A DNA stretch of 64,000 nt from a virus. Below, one piece after another: positions 53,272-62,971 of the stretch. The DNA is taken from the UHGV virus genome UHGV-1493261; one strand, given 5' to 3'. Made by a program: the position numbers and the translations under genes. How positions within the stretch are numbered: the stretch's first letter is position 1; every line of letters starts with the position of its first letter. The notes under the pieces were generated by a model. The model ran no database searches and had not been told where the DNA came from. It saw nothing but the letters and a program-made list of their open reading frames with translations.

Positions 53272-54288
53272 ATGGGTAATTTATTCGAACGTCTGAAAGC
53301 GTCCCGTGGTCAGCAAACTGAAGCAATGCAGGCGCGTCTTGCACAGCAAGGCCAGAAATCCGGTTTCCAGAAGGATCCTCGCATCTGGAAATGGACTTGG
53401 AACAAAGATGGTATCTCCGAGAACATCATCCGCTTCCTGCCAGTCCCGCTGGTAGATCTCAAGGCACAGGAAGAAGGAACGATCGATAAAGATCAGATCC
53501 TCACCCCTTGTGCCATGATCATGAAGCATCAGTTCCAGGGACCTGGTGGTTGGTACATTGAGAACTCACCTCAGACGTTCGGCAACGACGATCCGGTGCG
53601 CGACCATGACCGTCCGCTGTGGGCGCAGCAGAAAGAAACAAACGACGAAAAGCTGAAGGACATCCTGAAGAAACGTCTGCCCGACACCAAATACTACGCT
53701 AACATCCTGGTGATTAAAGATGTCAACGTACCGGAAAACAACGGCAAGGTCTTCCTGCTGGAATTTGGTAACGCCATCAAGAAAATCCTGGATCAGGCAC
53801 AGAATCCTAAGTTCCCAACCGACCCTAAATTCGATCCGTTCGATCTGTGGGAAGGTGCCAACCTGAACCTGAAGCTCTTTGGCGAGCAGAAGAAGTTTGG
53901 GAACTGGGAAGGTCTGGTGGCAAACTTCAGTAAGGTGGTGTGGGAGAACCCTGCCCCGCTGAGTGATGACGAAGCGTATATGGAAGACGTCTGGTCTCGC
54001 GAGCACAGCCTGTTTGAATTCTTCAATCCGGCTAACTTCAAAGACTACGACACCCTGGAAAAGCGCCTGCGCAAAGTTCTGGCAATCCCTGATGACCAGC
54101 CTCTGGTTGAAGGTGGTGCAGCCACGATGGCTCATGCTCCTAGCACCCAGACTACACATCAGCCAACTGCTCAAGACAGCCTGAAACAGCAACAGGCCGC
54201 GCCGTCGCAGGCTCAGACTCAGTCTCAACCAGATGCCAGAAACACGGCTTCCATTGACGACTTCGAGCGGTATCTCAAGTCTAACTGA
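53272..54288 (+). CDS. gp32: single-stranded DNA-binding protein (gp32-like)
   Basis: IRFLPVP, ANILVIKDVNVPENNGKVFLLEFG and WEGANLNLK parallel T4 gp32 ([40 protein letters not shown]). Acidic C-terminal tail. 100-nt leader with hairpin. Confidence 0.85.
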   Translation: MGNLFERLKASRGQQTEAMQARLAQQGQKSGFQKDPRIWKWTWNKDGISENIIRFLPVPLVDLKAQEEGTIDKDQILTPCAMIMKHQFQGPGGWYIENSPQTFGNDDPVRDHDRPLWAQQKETNDEKLKDILKKRLPDTKYYANILVIKDVNVPENNGKVFLLEFGNAIKKILDQAQNPKFPTDPKFDPFDLWEGANLNLKLFGEQKKFGNWEGLVANFSKVVWENPAPLSDDEAYMEDVWSREHSLFEFFNPANFKDYDTLEKRLRKVLAIPDDQPLVEGGAATMAHAPSTQTTHQPTAQDSLKQQQAAPSQAQTQSQPDARNTASIDDFERYLKSN

Positions 54289-54293
54289 TCAAC

Positions 54294-54320
54294 AAGCCAT
54301 CTTCGGATGGCTTTTTATTT
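54294..54320. terminator. bidirectional rho-independent terminator
   Basis: AAGCCATC / TTCG / GATGGCTT then TTTATTTT, between the convergent gp32 (+) and late gene (-). Confidence 0.65.
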
Positions 54321-55259
54321 TCCCATCACGTCTTTCAATATCCCCAACAGGCTTGTCTTCTCCGTCGCCGTCAGGTTATCGTTGCCCATGATGTCGCGAG
54401 AGATACCCACCGAGATGCGCTCGAAGTCCTGTATACTGATCCCAGCCAGGTTGTTTACAAGTTTGTCAAGCTGTTTGTAAGCCAGGAGAGCCTCTCCTGT
54501 GAAGTTCCCTTCTTTCACCTTGCGATAAAGCTGTCCAGCTTTTGAGGCCGCAGTTTCCCAGTCACCACTGGTAAGAGCGTCAGCAATGCCGAGAGGAAGA
54601 AAATCGCTGGAAAGGCTGCGTGTTTCATATTCTGTCTCCGAAAGCACTTTGTTGTAAGAGAAAGAAATGTTGTACTGGTTGAACTGGTCTGTGGCGCCTT
54701 TATCCAGCTCAATAGAACTGAAATTTATTGGGTGAGCCTCGACGATGTAGACGCGGTGGACCACTTGATCTTCGGTGTCAAGCTGTTCAATGCATATGTC
54801 AGTCACGAAGTCTTCGTAATATCCCATTTTGGTGGTGTGTGGATCAAAGATCAGACTCTTCCACTTGTCCATCACAGACTTCTCATAATAGTCATTGGCT
54901 AATAAGAATGACAAGTCGAGGTCGACGTTGGACTTGTTGTTCGGCATCTTGATGTGATTACCGTTGTTTGTCATTGGAGTGGTGTCGATACCAACCCCTG
55001 GCAATGAGGCAACCATACACATCATCTGAAGGGAACGGGACGTCTGGTTTGTCCCTCCAAAGAAAGCGTTTACAATACGGGCTGACTGCTTAAACAAGTC
55101 ACCAAAAGATGAATTGGTTCTGTACGCCTTTCCGTCATTAGCCAGAGTGGCATTGGAGTCAAAGATCCCTGGTGGTAGAGGGATGGTCACTCTGAAGCGG
55201 TTCTTGCGCGACAAGCCCCGCTGTAATATCTGTGTGATAAAATTGCGATAGTCTTCCAC
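54315..55259 (-). CDS. late structural protein, tail-tube/baseplate-tube-like (gp19/gp48/gp54 family), tentative
   Basis: GTG start 55259 after GGAG. Exact TATAAATA 35 nt upstream on the - strand. N-terminal RKNRFRVTIPLPPGI resembles the tube-protein N-terminus (RPNLFQVEI...ALPAGI in T4 gp19). Confidence 0.5.
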   Translation of the reverse strand: MEDYRNFITQILQRGLSRKNRFRVTIPLPPGIFDSNATLANDGKAYRTNSSFGDLFKQSARIVNAFFGGTNQTSRSLQMMCMVASLPGVGIDTTPMTNNGNHIKMPNNKSNVDLDLSFLLANDYYEKSVMDKWKSLIFDPHTTKMGYYEDFVTDICIEQLDTEDQVVHRVYIVEAHPINFSSIELDKGATDQFNQYNISFSYNKVLSETEYETRSLSSDFLPLGIADALTSGDWETAASKAGQLYRKVKEGNFTGEALLAYKQLDKLVNNLAGISIQDFERISVGISRDIMGNDNLTATEKTSLLGILKDVMGK

Positions 55260-55293
55260 GGTGAGGACTCCACTTAAATAAAATAACTGTTAT

Positions 55294-55301
55294 TATTTAT
55301 A
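55294..55301 (-). promoter_or_regulatory. T4-type late promoter TATAAATA
   Basis: Exact TATAAATA on the - strand, 35 nt upstream of the GTG start at 55259. Confidence 0.6.
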
Positions 55302-55312
55302 GGAGTTGACAA

Positions 55313-56017
55313 ATGGCAAAGAATGCAGCTGGCGAAGAAGATCCGTTGCTGTTTCCGGCCGAGATGGACGCCCCCGAGCTGGTCAAGCGTTACATCCGCA
55401 AGTACCGTCAACACTTCGGTCCAGAGGCGAAGCGTAACATCCGCCGTTCACATGTGTGGTTCATGGAGCGTGTGTCTAAGGACGCCAACCTGAGTCCCAA
55501 CCATATGAAACAGGCATTCGCTGATCATAAACGTCCGGTACAAGGTGTGCGGTATATAGTCGGGCGTATGTTCTATTTCAAATATGATGCTCTGACGAAG
55601 AATGAACTACCCTACTGGGATATGTACCCTCTGGTGTTCTTCTTCAACTTTGTCAAGGGTGATGGTATCACCTTTGGAGAGAAGGGTGTGACATACCTCT
55701 GGGGGCTCAACATGCACTACCTGCCACCGAAGCTCAGGCTGTTGGTGTTTGAGGATCTGATCAAGTTGCGTAACGAACGGGCATACCGCTCAAAGACGCG
55801 TCTGAAGCTCACCTGGGAAGCCCTGAAGCGCTTCGCCAACCATCCGCTGTACAATCACTGTGTGAAGCTGTACCGTGCCGATCAGTTCCGTTCACAGCTT
55901 TACGAGATTGAGCCACAGTACTGGGAGATCGTTCTCTTCATGCGCACTGCCCGCTTCCAGAAACAGAGCCAGATGTCTGTGTGGAAAGATGCACGTCGTA
56001 TGCATAAGAAGAAATAG
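55313..56017 (+). CDS. hypothetical basic protein
   Basis: 234 aa, AGGAG RBS. Divergent from the late gene at 55259. Confidence 0.5.
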   Translation: MAKNAAGEEDPLLFPAEMDAPELVKRYIRKYRQHFGPEAKRNIRRSHVWFMERVSKDANLSPNHMKQAFADHKRPVQGVRYIVGRMFYFKYDALTKNELPYWDMYPLVFFFNFVKGDGITFGEKGVTYLWGLNMHYLPPKLRLLVFEDLIKLRNERAYRSKTRLKLTWEALKRFANHPLYNHCVKLYRADQFRSQLYEIEPQYWEIVLFMRTARFQKQSQMSVWKDARRMHKKK

Positions 56018-56079
56018 TTCTATAACCCGTTCCGAGGGATAATTCGTGAACAGGTAATCCTAAATGATGAGGCTATAAC

Positions 56080-56829
56080 ATGTCACAAATTTATCGTATG
56101 TTCGGGTTAGAGTTTACCCCAGCTCGCCTTGATATGAAACTCCCAAATTTTGAAAAGAGTGGATTCGAAGTCGGTTGTGTTCTGGGTTTCGACCGAAACG
56201 GCAGATCCGTTCGTGAACAAAATATTTTCGATGTTCTGGGTGTGAAACCGGACAGTGAAACAGCAATCCGCTTCGAAGAGGACATCCGTTTTGGTCATTC
56301 CGACCTGTACGATTATGTCCGTGATGTGATCGCTGGTTATGAACACGCTAAAGCACACATGAAGATGGCCACCGATGCATGCCTGAAACTGGCGCATTGT
56401 CTGTACTTCTTTGGTCGTAAACATCAGAATCTCGATATGGTATTCCCATCGGAACTACTTGAACGCTTCTCTGAAACCGAATTCCTGCTGAAGCAAGCCG
56501 ACGGAGTTGCTGTCAAATCTAGTGAAGTATTCAAATACCCGATAAATCTGGTGTCTGGACATCTGCTGGTAGGGCGTGATCAGGTCGACCTGGCGATTCA
56601 TCCGGATATGGAGTATGATCAGAACTCCTGTCGTGCCATCCACAACTACGTAGGTGTCATTCTAGAAAACTTGTACTCAGCCATGGAAGAAGTGATGGCA
56701 GCAGAACAACAGGAAGATGTGATTCGTCGTATCCGCGAAGATATCGAAGGGAAGGTGAAACAGGATGTTCTGGTGGGATATCTACCAGAGCATTTCCCTG
56801 AAGTTCCAAACTTCTATCTGTCCAAATAA
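56080..56829 (+). CDS. hypothetical protein
   Basis: 249 aa. TATAAC immediately before the ATG; GAGG RBS. Confidence 0.5.
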   Translation: MSQIYRMFGLEFTPARLDMKLPNFEKSGFEVGCVLGFDRNGRSVREQNIFDVLGVKPDSETAIRFEEDIRFGHSDLYDYVRDVIAGYEHAKAHMKMATDACLKLAHCLYFFGRKHQNLDMVFPSELLERFSETEFLLKQADGVAVKSSEVFKYPINLVSGHLLVGRDQVDLAIHPDMEYDQNSCRAIHNYVGVILENLYSAMEEVMAAEQQEDVIRRIREDIEGKVKQDVLVGYLPEHFPEVPNFYLSK

Positions 56830-56849
56830 CTCCACTGTGAGAGGTGTGT

Positions 56850-57125
56850 ATGAAACGTTATCTGAAGCTGACGACTGTCCTTGAGTCGATCATAGAATAT
56901 TTCATCATGCAACACCTCCGCGCTGACAACATGCATTTAGACGGTTGCCTGACGTATGACCACAAGATCATTGTCCATTCTGTTGAAGTGGTGGATGATG
57001 ATCTGATGATTGCAAATGTAGAACACTGTCTGTTTGATGAGTCGGTTGATGCGTACTGCCAACCACGGTTCGCAAAAGTCGAGCTAACAAATTGTTGGCC
57101 GCCGGAAATGGTTTTTCTATATTGA
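56850..57125 (+). CDS. hypothetical protein
   Basis: Start at ATG 56850 (GAGAGG RBS) inside track ORF 56844. 91 aa. Confidence 0.4.
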   Translation: MKRYLKLTTVLESIIEYFIMQHLRADNMHLDGCLTYDHKIIVHSVEVVDDDLMIANVEHCLFDESVDAYCQPRFAKVELTNCWPPEMVFLY

Positions 57126-57216
57126 CGTAGAAAGTTAATATTCACGCAAGTTCGCGCTCCGCTTGGTCGCGCACCTTATAACACTAAGGTGTTAACTTTC
57201 TTTTCAATAAAAAGTA

Positions 57217-57244
57217 GTTTACATCTATGAAAATGCAGTATATT
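57217..57244 (+). promoter_or_regulatory. sigma70/T4-early-like promoter (GTTTAC-N16-TATATT)
   Basis: GTTTAC at 57217-57222, TATATT at 57239-57244, A-rich stretch AATAAAAAGTA upstream. About 70 nt upstream of gene 57315. Confidence 0.5.
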
Positions 57245-57314
57245 ATGTTCTCACTACACAGTCAGAACAACAATATGCCGCGGATACGGTCTTAATAACG
57301 AAAGGGTTTTTATT

Positions 57315-58154
57315 ATGTCATATATTCTTCATGTGGATTCTGGAACCAAAATTGAAATTGAAGGCAAAGACGTTGCGGCTATCCAGGCTGAAATCAAAGA
57401 AGCAGGTCTGATCATCGGAAACGTTACCCTGCGCCGTATGGTTGAAGGTGTTCTTCAGGCTGCCAACGGCTTCGAACTGATTGAAGGTCTGAGCGCCGAA
57501 GAGAAGGAAGAAACTCAGCAGGCTCTGGCGCAAGCCCAAGAGCAAGCCCAAGCTGAAGTATCCCTGAAAGTCGCTGAAACCGTTGATGCTGAAGCACCGA
57601 TCTCTGCCGATGCATGTGAAGCCCCAGTAGTGTCCGACGCCCCGGTAGACGCGGTTAAAGATGCAGTCAACGCGGCGCTGGAAGAAGGCAATCAGCCGTC
57701 CGACGCGAAAATCGGTTCCTTAGCGTCTTCTATGCTGAAAGAAGCATCGAAGGGTAAGACCCTGACCCCGCAGGCAGCGCTGGTAGAGCGTAAACGCCGT
57801 CACACCAAACGTGAGGAAATGGTTGACTTGGCTCGCGCTTCTAATCACGGTCCGGTCTTGGCGGCGATTGAAGCTGGTGTTGTCCCCGGTGTGTTCCTGA
57901 GCTATGTGAACCCAGACATGCGTTGGTTCCAGTTCCCGGTCACCGAACTGGCTAACCCTGAAAACCTTCACGCCCGCACCAATACGTATGTCGACGTTGC
58001 GCCTATCGTTTCCGGTGGCTGGGGCTTCAGTCTGTACGTGAACGGCAAGTCCTTCACCAAACGTCAGAAGATCAAAGAGTCTGATGCTGAGTCTCTGGTT
58101 AAGGCGATTAATGAATGGCTTCCACAGGCTCTGGCTGAAGCGAAAGCTGTGTAA
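57315..58154 (+). CDS. hypothetical protein with acidic Ala/Glu-rich linker
   Basis: 279 aa, AAAGGG RBS. Own GTTTAC-N16-TATATT promoter with A-rich upstream region at 57217-57244. Terminator at 58186-58217. Confidence 0.55.
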   Translation: MSYILHVDSGTKIEIEGKDVAAIQAEIKEAGLIIGNVTLRRMVEGVLQAANGFELIEGLSAEEKEETQQALAQAQEQAQAEVSLKVAETVDAEAPISADACEAPVVSDAPVDAVKDAVNAALEEGNQPSDAKIGSLASSMLKEASKGKTLTPQAALVERKRRHTKREEMVDLARASNHGPVLAAIEAGVVPGVFLSYVNPDMRWFQFPVTELANPENLHARTNTYVDVAPIVSGGWGFSLYVNGKSFTKRQKIKESDAESLVKAINEWLPQALAEAKAV

Positions 58155-58185
58155 ATTTAAGTTCAGAAACTGTTCAATAGATGAA

Positions 58186-58217
58186 GGGCTGCTATAATAG
58201 CAGCTCCTTTTGTTTTA
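58186..58217 (+). terminator. rho-independent terminator with ATAAT loop
   Basis: GGGCTGCT / ATAAT / AGCAGCTC then CTTTTGTTTTAT. TATAAT spans the stem-loop junction. Confidence 0.55.
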
Positions 58218-58229
58218 TCGGAGCAGTTT

Positions 58230-58889
58230 ATGTCCTACTCCCTGAAGGGGCTGATGAAGCGCCCCGTCCACACATTCTTTAAACCACCCGTCGTAAAGGG
58301 GATCTACCCAGCACGAGGGCAAATCTACTACGTCAAAGGCTCCAATGGTAGCGGTAAATCCACTGTGCCGTCTCAGCTGGCGGAGAGGGATCCTCAGGCG
58401 TATGTCGTGACCCATAACGGCAAGGTAATGCTGACTGTCTGTCCTTCGTTCAACGTGGTCTGTATCGGTAAATATGACAAGTCGAAGTCCAAGGGGGTTG
58501 ATTCCCTGAAGGACACTGAGCAGATGTTGTTCGCGTTGTCTATTGCTGACCAACCAGAATACTTGAAATATGATGTGATTTTCGAAGGTATCATTCCATC
58601 CACATTATTGAGTTCTTGGATCCCCCGTCTGACACGCCCACCACGTGAATTGGTTGTGCTCTTTATGGACACTCCTCTTGAAACGTGTATCACCCGCGTT
58701 AAATCACGTAACGGCGGTGTGGACTTCAATGAAAGTCTGGTGGTCGAGAAGTGGGAGAGAGTTCATGACCATCGTCAACGACATAAAGACTTGTTCCCTA
58801 CGGTGGCTGCGGGTATGATGAAGTCTCACGGCCTAACAGTAGACCAGGCTGTGATGGCATTCCTCTGTCGTGATTTTGGGAGTATCTGA
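58230..58889 (+). CDS. P-loop NTPase / putative kinase
   Basis: Walker A GSNGSGKST; hydrophobic strand then EG (VIFEG). Immediately upstream of and overlapping the TS-fold gene. Confidence 0.55.
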   Translation: MSYSLKGLMKRPVHTFFKPPVVKGIYPARGQIYYVKGSNGSGKSTVPSQLAERDPQAYVVTHNGKVMLTVCPSFNVVCIGKYDKSKSKGVDSLKDTEQMLFALSIADQPEYLKYDVIFEGIIPSTLLSSWIPRLTRPPRELVVLFMDTPLETCITRVKSRNGGVDFNESLVVEKWERVHDHRQRHKDLFPTVAAGMMKSHGLTVDQAVMAFLCRDFGSI

Positions 58890-59935
58890 TGGAAATCAAA
58901 GCAATAAACAACAATGACATGCTGAAACAGGCTGTCTTGGCTATCCGTGAATTCGGGATCGAATCTGATCCTGGTAATGCTGAAATCAATACTGATAGCA
59001 CCCGCTTCCTTGATGGCGTGACCATAACCGTCGCCGACATCCGTGACCGCTGGCTATCCGTTGAAGGTCGTAACTCATCGGCTATCGCCGCCATCGGCGA
59101 GACCTTCTGGGTTCTGTCCGGGCGCGATGACGTTCGCTTCCTGTCCCGCGTGTTGCCCCGCGCCGCCAACTTTTCCGACAACGGCCACACATGGCGAGCT
59201 GCTTATGGTCCGCGTCTGTACGCTCATGGTCAGCTGGATAGCGTTATCAACCGCCTGCGCAAGAATCCAAACACTCGCCAGGCGTACCTCACCATCTATG
59301 ATCCGGCTCTGGATTCAGATGCTGGTCTGGCGAAGTTCAGTGAGAGTGGCGAAGCAAAGACCAAGGACATGGTGTGTAACCTGGCTCTGTTGTTCGCCAT
59401 CGTTGAAGGTCGCCTGAACCTGACGGTTATCAATCGCTCACAGGATGTTCTGTGGGGTATGAGTTCAATCAACTTCATTGAGTTCTCTATTCTTCAGGAA
59501 GTGATTGCTCGGGTGTTGGATGTTGACGTCGGCCAGTACAAGCTCTTCTCCAACAATCTTCATTACTACAACAATGAAGTCAGCCAGAAGCAGCTGGGCA
59601 AGATCACGAAGGACACCAAAGTAGAAGCTGGGTTCATCAACTCCATGATCCACTTCACGAACGTGACCAACCAGAACCATATCCGCGATCTGTTCACTGG
59701 CGTGCTTGTTCATTGTGACTTCGGTAGCCCTTGGGAAACTGTTGTTGCCTTCCTGAAGGAGTATGATGCGGATCGCGGTCTGATTGTGCAGATGGCATAC
59801 TGCCTGCACTGCAAATTGAATAACAAGCTCATTAACCTGGACCTGATTCAGGATCATGGATTGAACACCGCGCTCACCCATTCTCCGGTTGACCGCAAGA
59901 TCGTTGATCCTAAGTTCCTGGAAGGTGTAGTATGA
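58889..59935 (+). CDS. thymidylate synthase-fold enzyme (TS or pyrimidine hydroxymethylase)
   Basis: NPNTRQAYLTIYDP (TS NPxSRR..xxxWNP-like) and MVCNLALLFAIVEGRLNLTVINRSQDVLWGMSSINFIEFSILQEVIA paralleling TS PPCHALCQFYV...[25 protein letters not shown]. 348 aa, longer than ThyA or T4 gp42. Confidence 0.75.
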   Translation: MEIKAINNNDMLKQAVLAIREFGIESDPGNAEINTDSTRFLDGVTITVADIRDRWLSVEGRNSSAIAAIGETFWVLSGRDDVRFLSRVLPRAANFSDNGHTWRAAYGPRLYAHGQLDSVINRLRKNPNTRQAYLTIYDPALDSDAGLAKFSESGEAKTKDMVCNLALLFAIVEGRLNLTVINRSQDVLWGMSSINFIEFSILQEVIARVLDVDVGQYKLFSNNLHYYNNEVSQKQLGKITKDTKVEAGFINSMIHFTNVTNQNHIRDLFTGVLVHCDFGSPWETVVAFLKEYDADRGLIVQMAYCLHCKLNNKLINLDLIQDHGLNTALTHSPVDRKIVDPKFLEGVV

Positions 59936-60501
59936 TGTACCCAAATCTTGAATTCTTTACGGGGCGCAAGCGTTCCGGTAAGGACTTCTGTTTGGAGTCC
60001 CTCATCAGATATCACCAACTACAGGGTGATATGGACATCCAGCGCCTTTCGTTCTCAGATGAACTGCGCCGGGTTGCCAACTTCATCTATCCATGGCTGC
60101 CAGCGGAGGTAGAGGATGCCGTGAAGGACGTTCCTTACGACCACCCTGATAACCCCAAGGGCTTAACCCCACGGCAGATCTGGCTTCATCTAGGCAGCGA
60201 TACGGGCTTACGTTACGTACAACCCGATCTGTTCCTGGCGTTCTTCAAGCGCTTCCAGCTTCCTCTGGTAGAGCAGAACCCCCACGTCCATTATATCGTG
60301 AGCGATCTGCGTACCCCTCAGGAATATGAATGGGCGCTGAGTACGAAATGTCCTATCACCCGTATTTCAAAGGCCGATCGTGCTGGTATCATAGAGGACG
60401 ATATAGAGGCTTTCATTGACCAAATGAAAGTGGACTACGAATTCCTCAATCCATTTGATGGTTGGGAACCGTTCGTTAAATTCTACGGAGAACGTAAATG
60501 A
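59932..60501 (+). CDS. deoxynucleoside monophosphate kinase (gp1-like)
   Basis: N-terminal FFTGRKRSGKDF matches T4 gp1 FLSGVKRSGKDT. 189 aa. ATGA overlap with the upstream gene. Confidence 0.6.
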   Translation: MMYPNLEFFTGRKRSGKDFCLESLIRYHQLQGDMDIQRLSFSDELRRVANFIYPWLPAEVEDAVKDVPYDHPDNPKGLTPRQIWLHLGSDTGLRYVQPDLFLAFFKRFQLPLVEQNPHVHYIVSDLRTPQEYEWALSTKCPITRISKADRAGIIEDDIEAFIDQMKVDYEFLNPFDGWEPFVKFYGERK

Positions 60502-61052
60502 TCACAGCAGGGCATATCAAAAGCCTGCTCGAACTCCAAAAGGCCACTAACGTGGCCTACTTTGGGGAAGAGTGGAAGAATGTATGGAGTCAGAACGCAG
60601 TTATCAACTCCATCTATCGTGAGTGGGCAGAGTTCCTTGATGAAACCACCCGTGACTGGAAGGTCTATGGCAACGACATCGGGTTTGACCATACGAACGC
60701 AGTTTATGAACTGGTGGACGTGGTACACTTCATGTTGTGCTTCATCCTTGTGGACCGCACCAAAGGTGAGATCGAAGAAGAATTTGAAGTCCTGAGTAAT
60801 CGCGAATTCACCCCATCTGCTTTGGGTGTTGTAGGGCATCGCAATGTTACGTACCGCCTTGGGCAATTCATGAACGATCCTTGCGTTGAGACTCTCATGT
60901 TCTTCCTGTCGTCTGCGTGTTCTTATATGGAGATCGACATTGAGACTTACATACTGGCGCACAAACGCAAGAACGATCGCAATCGTCTGCGTGCTTCTGG
61001 TGGTGCGGATTACGACAAGTCCGCAGAAACCCCTCTGACCCTGGAGTTCTAA
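60498..61052 (+). CDS. dCTPase/dUTPase-like all-alpha NTP pyrophosphatase (gp56-like)
   Basis: YELVDVVHFMLCF matches T4 gp56 FELVDIFHFVLNMF. EWAEFLDE acidic helix typical of MazG-like enzymes. Confidence 0.5.
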   Translation: MITAGHIKSLLELQKATNVAYFGEEWKNVWSQNAVINSIYREWAEFLDETTRDWKVYGNDIGFDHTNAVYELVDVVHFMLCFILVDRTKGEIEEEFEVLSNREFTPSALGVVGHRNVTYRLGQFMNDPCVETLMFFLSSACSYMEIDIETYILAHKRKNDRNRLRASGGADYDKSAETPLTLEF

Positions 61053-61594
61053 TGTTTACAGTCGTCGTTTCATACCATGCGGAGAACGCTGCTCAGGCAT
61101 CCTCCAAATTCGCCGAGCACATCATCGGCGGCGGCCATAATGTATTCCTTACCGAATACAACAGGCCTGTTAAACCGGGCGACGGTCTTTCGGCGACTGT
61201 TACGCATAAGATCGCCAGCGAGCAACCAGAGTCTCTGTTCAGAATGATCGAAGAGTATGCCAGTGGTGGCATCAAGATACCAGATGAACTGGTAGACGTT
61301 TATTTTGAAGGCTCGATCTATTATATCCACGCTATGCCAAAGGATGTAACCATTGAACAGATGATGTATATCCTGAATATAGCACTGAACACTGCGTGCA
61401 TCAACCGCACGAACTACAACAATCTGCGCAATATGTACCTAACCGACCGACATAATGAAGCACCGTCACCTATTGAGACGATGTCCCTGAAGAGCATCCA
61501 AGAGGCGGTTAACATTTTGTCCCAGAAGGTTATGGGTGTAGACTTACTAACGACGATTAACAACAAAGAGGAAGTGAAATGGCCAGTTCATTAA
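61052..61594 (+). CDS. hypothetical protein
   Basis: 180 aa. TAATG overlap with the upstream gene. Overlaps the uvsX start by 16 nt. Confidence 0.45.
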   Translation: MFTVVVSYHAENAAQASSKFAEHIIGGGHNVFLTEYNRPVKPGDGLSATVTHKIASEQPESLFRMIEEYASGGIKIPDELVDVYFEGSIYYIHAMPKDVTIEQMMYILNIALNTACINRTNYNNLRNMYLTDRHNEAPSPIETMSLKSIQEAVNILSQKVMGVDLLTTINNKEEVKWPVH

Positions 61595-62664
61595 TGGACC
61601 GCATGCTGAAGGTTGCTAAGAAACACGATGACCAGGCTTCAGTGCTGTCCCAATCAGACGCTCTGGAACCGTCTATCATCTGTTCTACTGGTATTCCCCT
61701 GATCGACATCGCATGGTCTGGGCGTATTGACGGCGGCCTGATCTCCGGTATCAAGATGATGGTGGGTGATTCCCGTACCTTCAAAACGATGTTCGGTCTG
61801 GTGGACGTCAAGGCGTACATGGACAAGTTCCCTGACGCTATCTGTGTATTTGCTGACTCGGAAAAGGGTGCCAACGCCGATTACTGGACCTCTATGGGCA
61901 TTGACATGGACCGCGTCCTGTACGTACCGATCGACAACGTTGAACAGACCAAGATCCGCTTGCTGCAGATCCTACAGGAAGTCAAGAAAGGCGACCATGT
62001 TATAATCTTCATCGACTCTATCAGCCAACTTCCCTCCACCAAGGAAGTTGAAGATGCGATCAAAGGGAACGACACTCAAGACATGACCCGCGCCCGTGCC
62101 CTCAACAGCTTCTGGCGTGTCATGACTCCCGAAATCAACAGCAAAAATCTCGTGTGTGTTTGGATCAACTCCTATTACGATGAGATCGGCAACCAATATG
62201 CCGAGCCTAACATCAAAGGTGGCAAACAGGGCTTCTTATCCTCCAACTTGATCTGGTTTATCACCCGTTCTCAGGTGAAGGAAGACAAAGATCTGCTGGG
62301 CTGGAACTTCAACATAAGCATCATGAAAGGTCGCCATGTCAAAGAGAAAGCCAAGCTCCCTGTGACGGTACTGTACAACGGTGGTATTGATCGCTGGAGC
62401 GGCCTGCTTGAGATCGCTCGTGCTCTGGGTTATGTTGATATGCCGTCTTCCGGCTGGTATGTGCGTACAGCCAAGGGTGGTTTCGATCCTGAGAAGGAAA
62501 AGAAATATCAGAAGCGTCAGATGGGTGATGATTTCTGGTATCCGCTGCTGGAGAATGTCAACTTCGCCGATGACGTGAAGAAAATGTTCGGTGTTTCTAA
62601 CGGTACTGTTATGCCTGCTAACATGCTGGAGCAAATGGACCATGTTATTAACACAAGCGAATAA
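61579..62664 (+). CDS. uvsX: UvsX-like RecA-family recombinase
   Basis: GDSRTFKT (T4 GPSKSFKS), VIIFIDSISQLPSTKEVEDA (T4 VVVFIDSLGNLASKKETEDA), DMTRARALNSFWR, VKEKAKLP. GAGGAAG RBS. Confidence 0.9.
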   Translation: MASSLMDRMLKVAKKHDDQASVLSQSDALEPSIICSTGIPLIDIAWSGRIDGGLISGIKMMVGDSRTFKTMFGLVDVKAYMDKFPDAICVFADSEKGANADYWTSMGIDMDRVLYVPIDNVEQTKIRLLQILQEVKKGDHVIIFIDSISQLPSTKEVEDAIKGNDTQDMTRARALNSFWRVMTPEINSKNLVCVWINSYYDEIGNQYAEPNIKGGKQGFLSSNLIWFITRSQVKEDKDLLGWNFNISIMKGRHVKEKAKLPVTVLYNGGIDRWSGLLEIARALGYVDMPSSGWYVRTAKGGFDPEKEKKYQKRQMGDDFWYPLLENVNFADDVKKMFGVSNGTVMPANMLEQMDHVINTSE

Positions 62665-62971
62665 CAGTGGAGGGGGAGGAGACTCCCCCAATAACTACAC
62701 AATCATCGACCCTGGTGCTGATCAGCTGGCGATTATCAAGATCACTTCTGGCAAATTCCGTGGAGTTCAATTCCGGTTCGGCAAGGTGGCCATCAACGAA
62801 GTGGACGGCGAACCCCGCCTGTCTTTCGTGACTGATATATTGAAGAAACCATTGCGTCTGATGTTTGTGAATTTGAAAGAAAATGACTTGTTCACTGAGG
62901 TGTCAGGGGATATCCTTGTAGATCTCATGCAGCGTAATGCTCAGGAATATAATAAATTTTTGGTGGGGTAG
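62642..62971 (+). CDS. hypothetical protein (ambiguous; may instead be leader of the helicase gene)
   Basis: ATG 62642 overlaps the uvsX 3' end. Would encode 109 aa with a Gly-rich N-terminus whose codons form the GC hairpin at 62672-62689. Sits where T4 gene 40 lies between uvsX and 41. Confidence 0.25.
   Translation: MLLTQANNSGGGGDSPNNYTIIDPGADQLAIIKITSGKFRGVQFRFGKVAINEVDGEPRLSFVTDILKKPLRLMFVNLKENDLFTEVSGDILVDLMQRNAQEYNKFLVG

Noticed and set aside
53566-54228. 220-aa minus-strand ORF antisense to gp32
   Set aside because: gp32 on the + strand is unambiguous.
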